A DNA stretch of 63,461 bases, counting the filler, from Octopus bimaculoides (taxonomy: Eukaryota), in NCBI RefSeq assembly GCF_001194135.2. It is 5 parts of 5 records of this genome, joined end to end, with 100 filler letters (N's around TTAATTAATTAA, not from the genome) between each part and the next. Parts side by side here need not be neighbours in the genome. Positions count along the whole stretch, not along the records: positions 49,752 to 56,666 come from NC_068991.1; positions 56,767 to 63,461 come from NW_026439039.1; 3 more parts are not named here. One strand, written 5' to 3'. This document shows positions 51,767 to 63,461 of the stretch, piece by piece (the stretch's first letter is position 1; every line of letters begins with the position of its first letter). The translations under genes were made by a program, and so were the position numbers. A model generated the notes under the pieces. The model saw only the letters and a list, made by a program, of their open reading frames with translations, had not been told where the DNA came from and ran no database searches.

Positions 51767-51800
51767 GTTGTTGTTGTTGTTGTTATTATTATTATTGTTT
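51690..51800. repeat. (TTA)n/(TTG)n microsatellite
   Basis: Direct reading. Confidence 0.95.
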
Positions 51801-52310
51801 TTCATGTATCGCCTTTTTTTTTTCTTTTTACACCGTTGCTAATATATATTTATTTACAAAATTTGAGGTTTGTAATAAAAGCGGTTTTCAAAAATATAGC
51901 TACATTCCATTTTACAAGAATAATATTGTTTCTTATATATGTTTCTTAATCTCGTACACACACACATGCATATAAACAGAGACACACGCACTTACACACA
52001 CATGCACACACACCCACATGCATAAACACACACGCACACACACATATTAATGGTTGGTTTTATGTCAAGTTATACATAAAACCAATTTAACGCGAAACCG
52101 AAAAATTACGCAATACTTTCTTGCAGAGTAAATATTTATTAACTTCTGCAAGGAAAAGATTGTAAGTGAATTCGAAGGCTTGGCTTGTTCGCCTCCGGGA
52201 AACAGTCTGTTAATAATAATGTTTTCATGCTCTCAACTGCTTTACTAATTTTTGAATTTCATACGACATGTATATATGTATGTATAAAAGTATATGTATG
52301 TCTATATATG

Positions 52311-52344
<34 letters not shown>

Positions 52345-53319
52345 NNNNNNNNNNNNNNNNNNNNNNNNNNNNNNNNNNNNNNNNNNNNNNNNNNNNNNNN
52401 NNNNNNNNNNNNNNNNNNNNNNNNNNNNNNNNNNNNNNNNNNNNNNNNNNNNNNNNNNNNNNNNNNNNNNNNNNNNNNNNNNNNNNNNNNNNNNNNNNNN
52501 NNNNNNNNNNNNNNNNNNNNNNNNNNNNNNNNNNNNNNNNNNNNNNNNNNNNNNNNNNNNNNNNNNNNNNNNNNNNNNNNNNNNNNNNNNNNNNNNNNNN
52601 NNNNNNNNNNNNNNNNNNNNNNNNNNNNNNNNNNNNNNNNNNNNNNNNNNNNNNNNNNNNNNNNNNNNNNNNNNNNNNNNNNNNNNNNNNNNNNNNNNNN
52701 NNNNNNNNNNNNNNNNNNNNNNNNNNNNNNNNNNNNNNNNNNNNNNNNNNNNNNNNNNNNNNNNNNNNNNNNNNNNNNNNNNNNNNNNNNNNNNNNNNNN
52801 NNNNNNNNNNNNNNNNNNNNNNNNNNNNNNNNNNNNNNNNNNNNNNNNNNNNNNNNNNNNNNNNNNNNNNNNNNNNNNNNNNNNNNNNNNNNNNNNNNNN
52901 NNNNNNNNNNNNNNNNNNNNNNNNNNNNNNNNNNNNNNNNNNNNNNNNNNNNNNNNNNNNNNNNNNNNNNNNNNNNNNNNNNNNNNNNNNNNNNNNNNNN
53001 NNNNNNNNNNNNNNNNNNNNNNNNNNNNNNNNNNNNNNNNNNNNNNNNNNNNNNNNNNNNNNNNNNNNNNNNNNNNNNNNNNNNNNNNNNNNNNNNNNNN
53101 NNNNNNNNNNNNNNNNNNNNNNNNNNNNNNNNNNNNNNNNNNNNNNNNNNNNNNNNNNNNNNNNNNNNNNNNNNNNNNNNNNNNNNNNNNNNNNNNNNNN
53201 NNNNNNNNNNNNNNNNNNNNNNNNNNNNNNNNNNNNNNNNNNNNNNNNNNNNNNNNNNNNNNNNNNNNNNNNNNNNNNNNNNNNNNNNNNNNNNNNNNNN
53301 NNNNNNNNNNNNNNNNNNN

Positions 53320-53356
<37 letters not shown>

Positions 53357-53357
<1 letters not shown>

Positions 53358-53640
53358 GACGAGCTTCTCTCCGTTTCCGTCTACCAAATCCACTCACAAG
53401 GCTTTGATCAGCCCGAGGCTATAGTAGAAGTTACTTGCCCAAGGCGGTATGTTGCTTGCTTACCAGCCACATGGTCCCGGGTTCAGTTCCACTGCGTAGC
53501 AGACCGATAGAATAAAAGCTAGGCTTAAAACAATAAGTCTTGGGGTCGAATTGTTCGACGGCAAAAACACTTCGAACTGATGCTGTAGCATGGCCGCAGT
53601 CAAATGATTAAAACATGTAAACGAATAAAAGAAAAGAAAA
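53357..53640. mobile_element. Rearranged SINE family A pieces (inverted core, head, tail)
   Basis: 53357-53445 core on minus; 53446-53500 head on plus; 53501-53635 tail on plus. Confidence 0.75.
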
Positions 53641-53663
53641 AGATTATATATATGTGTATGTAC

Positions 53664-53694
<31 letters not shown>

Positions 53695-54299
53695 TATGTG
53701 TGTGTATGTGTGTGCGTGCGCGCGCGTATGTATACCGGGATACCCTTTAAGTCAACCATGACCGAGCATAACATTTCAATTATGTCACACAATCATGATT
53801 GAAATTACACATACGATTAGTCATTATCCGGTGTTGTGTGGCCATGAAGGGCCGTTGACCTTTTGCATTTACCAACAGTCTGCGAGGCACCAATCTGCAC
53901 CAGACACATTTATTTTCAGTTGAGCGAACTGAATCGACATGAGAATGTAGTGCGTTGCCCAAGCAAACTGCGCACTACACAGTTTGGAAATCGTTAGTCT
54001 AACAAACTTACCACATATTCATACGCCTAAAGGCATACACAAACATTAATACATCTGAAGGGCAAATAACTTTTCTTTTAGAGATGTTGTATTGAAAACC
54101 CCATCGGGCATCACTTTATCTTTCAATTAAGATTTTACATATTTTCGTGTGTGTTTTTCCAGTGTTTGAGACAATAAATTCGAAAATACATCATAGCCAA
54201 TTTCGGAGTTTTATAGTCCCATCTACTGAATGAGGTGATCTTGTGGCATTCTGTTGTCTCTTGAGAGTTCAAAGCACCAACATGATGTATTGTTTTATA

Positions 54300-54535
54300 C
54301 TCTTAGTTCTTTCAGTCATTTGAGTGCGGCCATGCTGGAGCAGCACCTTGAAAAGTTTTTATAGCCAAAAAAAAAAAAATAATAAATAAAGAAACATCGA
54401 CTCCCGTTATTTATTTTTTAAAGCCTAATATTTATTCTATAGTTCACTTTTGCCGAACCGCTACAACACGGGGACGTAAAGACTCCAACACCGGTTGCCA
54501 AGCGGTGATGGGAGAGGAAAAACACAAAGACAAAG
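54300..54535 (-). mobile_element. SINE family A 3' half, diverged
   Basis: cagtcatttgagtgcggccatgctggagca...ttgccgaaccgcta. Confidence 0.75.
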
Positions 54536-54565
54536 GCACTCATAGATAAATACATACATACGTAT

Positions 54566-54597
<32 letters not shown>

Positions 54598-54816
54598 GGA
54601 TTATTTAAGACTTGGCTCTTATTTCTAGCAGGTAGATGCTCATTAAGCATCATTATGATATTTCATAGCTCGATAAAGCTATCATAACTGCGTTCCACCA
54701 ATGCTACTACTGGTGATATCATAAAATTTTGAATTTATCCACAGATGATATGAACAGTAGTGACATCTAACTTCAAATCTCAGTGTTTGAATATTTCATT
54801 TATATATATATATATG

Positions 54817-54853
<37 letters not shown>

Positions 54854-55942
54854 NNNNNNNNNNNNNNNNNNNNNNNNNNNNNNNNNNNNNNNNNNNNNNN
54901 NNNNNNNNNNNNNNNNNNNNNNNNNNNNNNNNNNNNNNNNNNNNNNNNNNNNNNNNNNNNNNNNNNNNNNNNNNNNNNNNNNNNNNNNNNNNNNNNNNNN
55001 NNNNNNNNNNNNNNNNNNNNNNNNNNNNNNNNNNNNNNNNNNNNNNNNNNNNNNNNNNNNNNNNNNNNNNNNNNNNNNNNNNNNNNNNNNNNNNNNNNNN
55101 NNNNNNNNNNNNNNNNNNNNNNNNNNNNNNNNNNNNNNNNNNNNNNNNNNNNNNNNNNNNNNNNNNNNNNNNNNNNNNNNNNNNNNNNNNNNNNNNNNNN
55201 NNNNNNNNNNNNNNNNNNNNNNNNNNNNNNNNNNNNNNNNNNNNNNNNNNNNATATGCAATTGTAACATCCTACATATATTTTCACTTCCATTTTTATTT
55301 CCTTATTTCTCTTTATACTTCAGATATCCACCCTTTTCCAGGATAACTCCTTATATTGAACTTTACTATTTCCTTGAATGTGTTAACATGTACCTCCTTG
55401 AGACAATGCAAACTTTCATTTAATCAAGCTATCCTTGGCATGAAGAATAGTCTGCAGATATTTACCACTTCTGAGGTTCTTATCTACTTCATTCTTGGAC
55501 TCTTGTGTGTATGTATATATGCTAGAAAGAGGTCATCAATGACCCAACTACAAAAGAAAAATCATGTTCTCTAGAAAAAAATTCAGCAAAATACCAGGGC
55601 TTAAGCGGGCAGGACGAAACGAAAAATATATACGAAATAAAGAATTAATTGTGTACCGGTTTCGCCATGAACTCTTTTACTTACGTAAAATCATCCACAG
55701 GTCTTCAGCACAATCGTTCTAAAATCAATATAATTTGCAGAACTATACACGAATTGTCTTCATAAAATTTGACGTGCGTACAGTTCTACCAATTGATGAC
55801 CTCTTTCTAGCATATCGGATGTCCACCTAGTGGTCATCCCTTCTTAATCGCCTGTAATACAATTTTTCTGAATTATCAGATTTTTTTATATGCTAGATCA
55901 CTGGTCTTAAATTGAAATTAATATTCAATTTATCACCCTCAG

Positions 55943-55980
<38 letters not shown>

Positions 55981-56339
55981 ACAACAACAACGTGAGTAAT
56001 CCAAATGACTAACACGCAGGCACGCAAACACACACACACACACACACAGGTATATATATAGATATATAGCAATAGAAACTTCAGCTAAAATATGAAATGT
56101 GCCACTGGGAATGTTGCTATATTTACTGTATATTGAAGGTTTCGACGTGTTGTACAGTTGTGTGTGGGTACAAAATTTCTCGAAATAGTTTGTCTCCATC
56201 GTTGATAGAACTTTCTTACTGTTTACGTGTTTACCCTTTACAGGTGTTTTGCAATATCTCAACTCTTTCTTTCTTTCTTTTAGCGGGTTTTTTCAGCAAA
56301 TTTTATTCAACAAAAACAATAACAATATTCAGCTAAAAA

Positions 56340-56422
56340 ACATCTTTAAATGACAGTCTGACCGTCTGCCAGGCAAATGGGAAGCTGTAATTGAATTAGA
56401 TGGTGAATATGCTCCGGAATAA
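56340..56422 (+). mobile_element. Mariner transposase C-terminal remnant
   Basis: DRLPGKWEAVIELDGEYAPE-stop resembles the mariner L..RW..CI...G.Y tail. Confidence 0.5.
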
Positions 56423-56448
56423 TCATTTAAAGATATTGTTTCCCCATG

Positions 56449-56481
<33 letters not shown>

Positions 56482-57108
56482 TTTTGTTAAAAAAAACTGT
56501 CCGACGAACGGGAACGTAAAACTCAGAGTAACAGTCTTTTGTTATATTTCTGCTGCTTTTAAATAAAGCATATTACTCTACCTCTGGTATTTGAGTACTC
56601 GTTTTTCCACCTTGTGTCACATTTATGTACTTACCACGGTATATATATATATATATATATATATATNNNNNNNNNNNNNNNNNNNNNNNNNNNNNNNNNN
56701 NNNNNNNNNNTTAATTAATTAANNNNNNNNNNNNNNNNNNNNNNNNNNNNNNNNNNNNNNNNNNNNAAAGAAACCCAGCTGTTTCTTGCAATACATACCA
56801 ATACATACATCTAAAGAAACATTTCCCCAGGGGCCTTGAAAATATCACTGTGGATCCGCAATTTAATATTTTATTGCATCGACCCCGCGAAAATCTTATA
56901 TGGGTCCTCAGGGGCCATTTGTAATCTTGATTGAGAGCCACTGGTGTAGCCAAAAGAATTTCTACTGAGTTCTAGATCCAAGACATTTAGTAAACGCTGC
57001 CGGTGAGCTGGGTGGCGCGTTATCTCTGCGGTTCCTTGGGCGCCCTCGAAGACATCCTGCATCAGGAAGATCGCATCGTTGTCATCCCAGCTCTGACCAT
57101 CATAGTCA

Positions 57109-57465
57109 CATAGTGTATCTTGGACTACATTATCTTAATGTACAGTATAGTAGTTAGCATTAGTGGCTATAGCTGTTGTTGTTTAACCCCAGGTCAGGCC
57201 TGATCAAGGCAGACCTATGATCAAAGATGTTCCACCAGTGATCATTCCCATCTTTTATTCAGGCATAGTGTATCTTGGACTACATTATCTAATGTATAGT
57301 ATAGCAGTTAGTATTTGTGGCTATAGTTGTTGTTTTTGTTTAACCCCAGGTCAGGCCTGATCCAGGCAGACTTATGATCAAAGATGTTCCAGCCGTGGCC
57401 ACCCCATCTTTTATTCAGGCACAGTGTATCTAGGACTACATTATCTAATGTACAGTATAGTAATT
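57109..57465. repeat. Tandem array, ~155-bp unit x 2.3
   Basis: Unit starts ca(t/c)agtgtatct(t/a)ggactacattatct at 57109, 57264 and 57420. Confidence 0.9.
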
Positions 57466-57820
57466 TAGCCCCAGGCCAATGATGTTCTATACATACACGC
57501 ATACATACATGCATACATACATACATATATACACACATACATAGATGCATGCATACATACATACATACATACGTAGATGCGTACATACATACATATATAT
57601 ATACACACATACCTACATACATTCATACATACATAGATGCATACATATATATATACACACATACCTACATACATTCATAGATGCATACATACGTATGCAC
57701 ACACACACAGGAGCACGAACATATGCATTTTTACATACACACACACACATTCACATACACACACACTCACACACATACACACTCCCTCTCTCATTCTCTC
57801 TCTTCCTCTCTCCCTCTACG

Positions 57821-58140
57821 GCTCAGGAAGTATAAAACAACCAGCTCAGGAAGTTTATTTAAATAAACGGTGACGGGACGGAACGGGAGAGGTGGGTAGC
57901 CATAGTAAAACATTACGCATTGTTTGAAAATAAAACTGGAAGAGAGCAGACGACAGTTTATCTGCCGCCATTGGCATTCAACTGTCATCGAAACAAGCTA
58001 AATCTCGGTAGTATGGTGTCATAAATATTCATTTTATACACACTAACCTCACCCAGACCTCTTTCTAAATTGACTCGCTCCCTTGTTTGAGTTATTTCAG
58101 TTTATTGTTCCAAAAAAATCTTCGTAACACTTCCTGTTCT
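57821..58140 (+). promoter_or_regulatory. Candidate noggin promoter region: TATAAAA and ETS-type sites
   Basis: TATAAAA 57831-57837; gctcaggaagt repeated at 57821 and 57844; acacttcctgtt near 58127. Motif matching only. Confidence 0.35.
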
Positions 58141-58301
58141 TGGCTGTTTGTCGGACGAATCGGCCATTAAACTATTGTTGCTTCCGTCACCACGGAGTTG
58201 TTACTGCTGTTGTTGTTGATCTTGTTCTTGTATGTATTTTCGGCGAAGAAAGGATGGACTATTGGGGTGGGATAGCGTTCTATCTATCTATCCATCTATC
58301 T

Positions 58302-58505
58302 TTTACTCTTTTACTAGTTTCAGTCGTTTGACTGTGGCCATGCTGGAGCACCGCCTTTAGTCGAGCAAATCGACCCCAGGACTTATTCTTTAGAAGCCCA
58401 GTCCTTATTCTATCGGTCTCTTTTGCCGAACCGCTAAGTTACGGGGACATAAACACACCAGCATTGGTTGTCAAGCGATGTTGGGGGACAAACACAGACA
58501 CACAA

Positions 58506-58558
<53 letters not shown>

Positions 58559-58725
58559 TACGACGGGCTTCTTTCAGTTTCCGTCTACTAAATCCACTCA
58601 CAAGGCTTTGGTCGGCCCGAGGCTATAGTAGAAGACACTTGCCCAAGATGCCACGCAGTGGGACTGAACCCGGGACCATGTGGTTGGTAAGCAAGCTACT
58701 TTACCACACAGCCACTCCTACGCCT
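58302..58725 (-). mobile_element. SINE family A, full-length low-divergence copy (tRNA head, CORE-like domain, internal TA tract, tail)
   Basis: Head with ggttcagtccc B-box-like motif, cttgggcaagt CORE-like motif, internal (TA)n 58510-58560; many partial copies in the window. Confidence 0.92.
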
Positions 58726-58753
58726 ATCTATCTATCTATCTATCTATGTATCA

Positions 58754-58794
<41 letters not shown>

Positions 58795-58835
58795 TCGTAC
58801 TAAAATCTGCTTTCTTTCTTTATTTTACCACCAGG

Positions 58836-59594
58836 ATGCGCTCTGATCCGGATATGTTGAGTTCGAAGCTTGCTGGATTCCTTCTTCTTCTTCTTCTCTG
58901 TGTGGTATGTGTTGCCGGCAGCGGGAGCAGTAGTTTCAGTGATTACAATCTATTGCGAAAAAGTCCTCATGAAAAGAGTGTCGTCACAAAACGGCCTAAA
59001 TTTCCCATAGTGCCTTCTGACTCACTTCCTGTCAACCTGAACGAGAAACCCGACAAAAAACACGATCCGAGGGCTGAAAACCTAAAACCGGAGATTTTAC
59101 GCAAACTACTCGGACGGTTTTTCATCGAGGAATTCATGTCCGTCAAACGACCGAACGAAAGTATAACAAAGCCTAACGGGACCCTCGCCTTGCGCTTTCA
59201 GAGGGGTTACCCTGTAGGGAGACGGCCCCCATTTCTAGCTCGATTCGGGCGCATTAATCTCAAAGATGAAACCGGGAGACGTTTCCGGCAGTTGGATTTG
59301 AACGTTGAGACAGAAGCGAAGAGAAAAGTGGCTAAGTTTATCCGGACTTACACATATTGTCCCGTCATATATACATGGAAGGACCTGGGTATACGCTTCT
59401 GGCCCCGCTGGATCAAAGAAGGCCAGTGTCACCAGCGGGGACGGTCGTGTTCTTTACCGCCGGGCATGCGCTGTAAACCTAGCTATTCACAAACTATTAT
59501 TCTACTTCGTTTCCATTGTTGGCCCGATGCTAAAATCTGTAACTGGATTCATGCCCAGTATCCTATAATTAGTGCCTGTAAATGTAAATGTTAA
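58836..59594 (+). CDS. nog: Noggin (secreted cystine-knot BMP antagonist), 252 aa, single coding exon
   Basis: Signal peptide; PSDSLPV..E.PD...DP clip; LRKLLG..F...FMS; CPVIYTWKDLGIRFWPRWIKEGQC...SCSLPPGMRCKP...C...C.WI..QYPIISACKCKC with all nine Cys. The ORF-track start at 58680 lies in a SINE; ATG 58836 follows a 3' splice-site-like tract. Confidence 0.97.
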   Translation: MRSDPDMLSSKLAGFLLLLLLCVVCVAGSGSSSFSDYNLLRKSPHEKSVVTKRPKFPIVPSDSLPVNLNEKPDKKHDPRAENLKPEILRKLLGRFFIEEFMSVKRPNESITKPNGTLALRFQRGYPVGRRPPFLARFGRINLKDETGRRFRQLDLNVETEAKRKVAKFIRTYTYCPVIYTWKDLGIRFWPRWIKEGQCHQRGRSCSLPPGMRCKPSYSQTIILLRFHCWPDAKICNWIHAQYPIISACKCKC

Positions 59595-59604
59595 TTAGCT
59601 AATC

Positions 59605-59610
59605 AATAAA
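59605..59610 (+). terminator. Candidate polyadenylation signal AATAAA
   Basis: Starts 11 nt after the noggin stop; usage unverified. Confidence 0.35.
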
Positions 59611-59864
59611 ACAAAAACAAACATTAAAATGAACGGAGAAAAAGTAAAGATCGAACACATATTAACCTCTTCCCATCATACTCAACACCCCACGTTGTTA
59701 TACACTGATGATAACAACGCAGCATCAGTCTTCACGCTTCATCCTTCCTCTTTCAACAAGTTTACAGTTGAACCTAAGACATTACTGATATTTAGAATAC
59801 ACTGGCCAAACTGGACAGAGTTTAGCAATTGTATTCATCGAAATTCACCACTGACTAAAATTTG

Positions 59865-61265
59865 TTGACCTAAATTCACCCCTGATCAAAATATGTTAAC
59901 CTAAATTCACCCCTGGTTAAAATGTCCTGATCAAACTTCGCAGAGGGTTAAAATATATTGGCCTAAATTTACCATTGGTTAAAGCGTGTTGACTTAAAAT
60001 TCACCCTTGGTTAAAATATTTTGACCTAAATTTACCCCTGGTTAAAATATTCTGACCTAAATTCACTCCTGGTTAAAACATTTTAACTTAAATTCATTCC
60101 TGGTTAAAATATTGTGACCGAAATTCACCCCTGGTTAAAATATTTTGATTGAAATTCACCCCTGGTTAAAAGATTTTAACTTATATTCATTCCTGGTTAA
60201 AATTTTGTGACCTAAATTCACCCCTGGTTAAAATATTTTGACCTAAACTCACACCTGGTTAAATTATGTTGACCCAAATTCACCCCTGGTTGTATTCTAA
60301 TGTTAATACTTCACGAACACACTTTTACCCCTTTCTTTTTCAATTCATTTACCCCAGTTTAGCATCTGTAAAAAATTCAACTATGTATTGGTAACTCTAC
60401 AAAATATGCACACACAATTTTCACCACTGGACTAAAATGTGTTGACCTAACATTACGACAGCTTAAAATTCGTTGACCAACAAATATAGCTGACTCCGGT
60501 ATAATGACCTATTTTAATAAACACACTCCATATATTTATACTAAATATATCAAAATTTTTACTTAAGTTAACCATTGATTAAAATTATTTGGACCAGAAT
60601 TGGCTAAAATGTGTTAGCCCAAGTTAACCCCTGGTTAAAATATGTATTGTCCTAAACTGACCACTGGTTAAAATGTGCAGTGAACAGACTCCACAGACAT
60701 TTAAAATATATTGGCCTCAATTCACACAGGCTTAAATTTACCACTGCTAAAAATGTTGACCTAAATTTACCCCTGGTTAAATTACGTTGACCCAAATTCA
60801 TTTCTGGTCGTATCTTAACTTTACCATTTTGTGAATAAACTTTAGACGCACTTTAAAAAAAAAAAACTCATTCATGAAAGTTTATTACCGGTAAAAACTC
60901 AATTACACATTGGTAACTACGGAATATGCTCACACTATTTTTAGCACTGGATTAAAATGTGCTGCCCCAGGTTAAAATTCGTTGATCCACATTTTCAGTT
61001 AACCCAATTGTACCAATGTTGGCATTCATTGACCTAATTTAATGACCACGCTTCATATATTTGTACCAAATATATAAAATTCATTGACCTAAGTTTACAA
61101 CTGGTTCTGGTTCAAACTATTTGAGTTAGAATTACCATTGGTTGAAATGTGTTAGTCCATGCTTAAAATATATCCATCACTGGTTAACATTTCTTTGTTT
61201 AAATTCACCCTTGGTTAAAATGTGTTAATTTCAATTCACACAGGGTTAAATTTCACCCATGGTTA
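59865..61265. repeat. ~30-bp minisatellite (ttgacctaaattcacccctggttaaaatat) with decayed higher-order duplication
   Basis: About 14 units in 59865-60295; degenerate units and a duplicated ~500-bp block continue to 61265. Confidence 0.9.
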
Positions 61266-61848
61266 AAACATTGACAATAGATTTTTCTATACAACCATGC
61301 GATTGTATAGCGAGCCTTTGAACATGAAAGAAAATATGATTGCCCTAAATAGAAAACAGAATTGACCCCTAAGCCATTTGCGATAAAGGAGAAAAATATG
61401 ACCCCTTTTTTTATGTATCAAGGACAACTGAATAAAACTACACTCCAGCATTGCATGACACAGAGGGACAAAGTTTGGCTCTGGTAATCAACAATCACAC
61501 CTATAAATGTTTGTAAAGCAGTGGTCAGTGATAAAAGACGAAAGATAAAAGACTGTAATGGTCAATGATTAAGGTGTTGTGATTAAAATCAATAATTATT
61601 GGTGACGTCTAATCCGCCTGAGACCGCCATCTGGTTTTCTCATTTGAACTTCTTCGTTTTAAAGTGATTTAAATTTTAAAGAAATAAAAGAAAAAAACAA
61701 AACAAAACCTTCCATTAAAATTTTATGTTAATTTATGTTCCAAACAACCAGATTAATAATAAAAAAAGTTATTTTACAAAATTCTTCGTTTTTATTTTTT
61801 TCTTTCAAAATCTGCGTGACAGTGATAACAGATGAGGCATACACGGAC

Positions 61849-62165
61849 CATCTTTTGTTGTTGGCACTCGGTCGCTTACGACGCCGAGGGTTCCGGTTGA
61901 TACGATCAACGGAACAGCCTGCTCGTGAAATTAACGTGCAAGTGGCTGAGCACTCCACAGACACTACGAATCATCTTTTGTTGTTGGCACTCCGTCGCTT
62001 ACGACGACGAGGGTTCCAGTTGATCCGATCAACGGAACAGCCTGCTCGTGAAATTATCGTGCAAGTGGCTGAGCACTCCACAGACACGTGTACCCTTAAC
62101 GTAGTTCTCGGGGATATTCAGTGTGACACAGAGTGACAAGGCTGACCCTTTGAATTACAGGCACA
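61849..62165 (-). mobile_element. Structured SINE/LINE-like 3' tail with tandem duplication of the terminal 116 bp
   Basis: 61849-61964 repeated at 61972-62087 (period 123); (AAC)-like tail on minus; continues into gap. Confidence 0.7.
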
Positions 62166-63461
62166 NNNNNNNNNNNNNNNNNNNNNNNNNNNNNNNNNNN
62201 NNNNNNNNNNNNNNNNNNNNNNNNNNNNNNNNNNNNNNNNNNNNNNNNNNNNNNNNNNNNNNNNNNNNNNNNNNNNNNNNNNNNNNNNNNNNNNNNNNNN
62301 NNNNNNNNNNNNNNNNNNNNNNNNNNNNNNNNNNNNNNNNNNNNNNNNNNNNNNNNNNNNNNNNNNNNNNNNNNNNNNNNNNNNNNNNNNNNNNNNNNNN
62401 NNNNNNNNNNNNNNNNNNNNNNNNNNNNNNNNNNNNNNNNNNNNNNNNNNNNNNNNNNNNNNNNNNNNNNNNNNNNNNNNNNNNNNNNNNNNNNNNNNNN
62501 NNNNNNNNNNNNNNNNNNNNNNNNNNNNNNNNNNNNNNNNNNNNNNNNNNNNNNNNNNNNNNNNNNNNNNNNNNNNNNNNNNNNNNNNNNNNNNNNNNNN
62601 NNNNNNNNNNNNNNNNNNNNNNNNNNNNNNNNNNNNNNNNNNNNNNNNNNNNNNNNNNNNNNNNNNNNNNNNNNNNNNNNNNNNNNNNNNNNNNNNNNNN
62701 NNNNNNNNNNNNNNNNNNNNNNNNNNNNNNNNNNNNNNNNNNNNNNNNNNNNNNNNNNNNNNNNNNNNNNNNNNNNNNNNNNNNNNNNNNNNNNNNNNNN
62801 NNNNNNNNNNNNNNNNNNNNNNNNNNNNNNNNNNNNNNNNNNNNNNNNNNNNNNNNNNNNNNNNNNNNNNNNNNNNNNNNNNNNNNNNNNNNNNNNNNNN
62901 NNNNNNNNNNNNNNNNNNNNNNNNNNNNNNNNNNNNNNNNNNNNNNNNNNNNNNNNNNNNNNNNNNNNNNNNNNNNNNNNNNNNNNNNNNNNNNNNNNNN
63001 NNNNNNNNNNNNNNNNNNNNNNNNNNNNNNNNNNNNNNNNNNNNNNNNNNNNNNNNNNNNNNNNNNNNNNNNNNNNNNNNNNNNNNNNNNNNNNNNNNNN
63101 NNNNNNNNNNNNNNNNNNNNNNNNNNNNNNNNNNNNNNNNNNNNNNNNNNNNTATATATATATATATATATATTTATATGTATATATATATATGTATATA
63201 CATATATATATATTTATATATATGTATATATACATACATATTTACACACACATAAATATATACATATGCATACACACACACGTATATATACACACCAACT
63301 ACAAACATGCAGTGCATATACATTTGAGAAAGCAAGCTAAAAACACCCTTTCGCACGTGGAGAGGCGCCCCTTTGCCAATCGCCATTGTGCTGCGGAAAG
63401 TGAATTATGTTTGGTAATGCGTGTTCACACAATGGAGCTATTTAGAGAGGAGACGAACGAA

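Noticed and set aside
52127-52161. 35-bp candidate micro-exon (ttcttgcAG ... GTAAGT)
   Set aside because: Good splice signals, but such pairs arise by chance in AT-rich DNA; no coding or expression support.
57109-57465. Regular repeats as a possible CRISPR-like array (also 59865-60295)
   Set aside because: Eukaryotic context; whole units are repeated with no unique spacers and no cas genes.
58680-58835. 52-aa N-terminal extension of noggin in the ORF track
   Set aside because: It starts inside a SINE, crosses microsatellites, and would bury the signal peptide.
58834-58846. Splicing of the 10987-11193 exon onto noggin
   Set aside because: A phase-0 donor joined to 58835 reads GAT GCG CTC TGA, out of frame with noggin.

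Overview
AT-rich, gap-riddled animal genomic DNA. The SINE families, microsatellite load and noggin sequence suggest a coleoid cephalopod, probably Octopus (inference). Host genes: an intact noggin CDS (58836-59594, +); an unrecognised 89-aa gene (17099-17368, -) encoding a signal peptide, a 6-Cys domain and a GPI-like tail, behind a cluster of CRE sites; and an orphan 207-bp Ser/Thr-repeat exon (10987-11193, +). The rest is decayed mobile DNA: a mariner and a full-length hAT with both TIRs, a Tc1 piece, a Helitron, RTE/CR1/R4-Dong/Tx1/Penelope-like fragments, MITEs and several tRNA-derived SINE families, plus a near full-length U2 snRNA pseudogene. Best leads: (1) the small Cys-rich GPI-like gene; (2) a hammerhead ribozyme fold with a swapped G3-C8 core pair inside a TSD-flanked palindromic insertion (14236-14574); (3) a tRNA-headed element carrying a hammerhead core (29302-29514); (4) several long near-perfect hairpins. 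Most ORF-track entries are microsatellite or N-gap artefacts.
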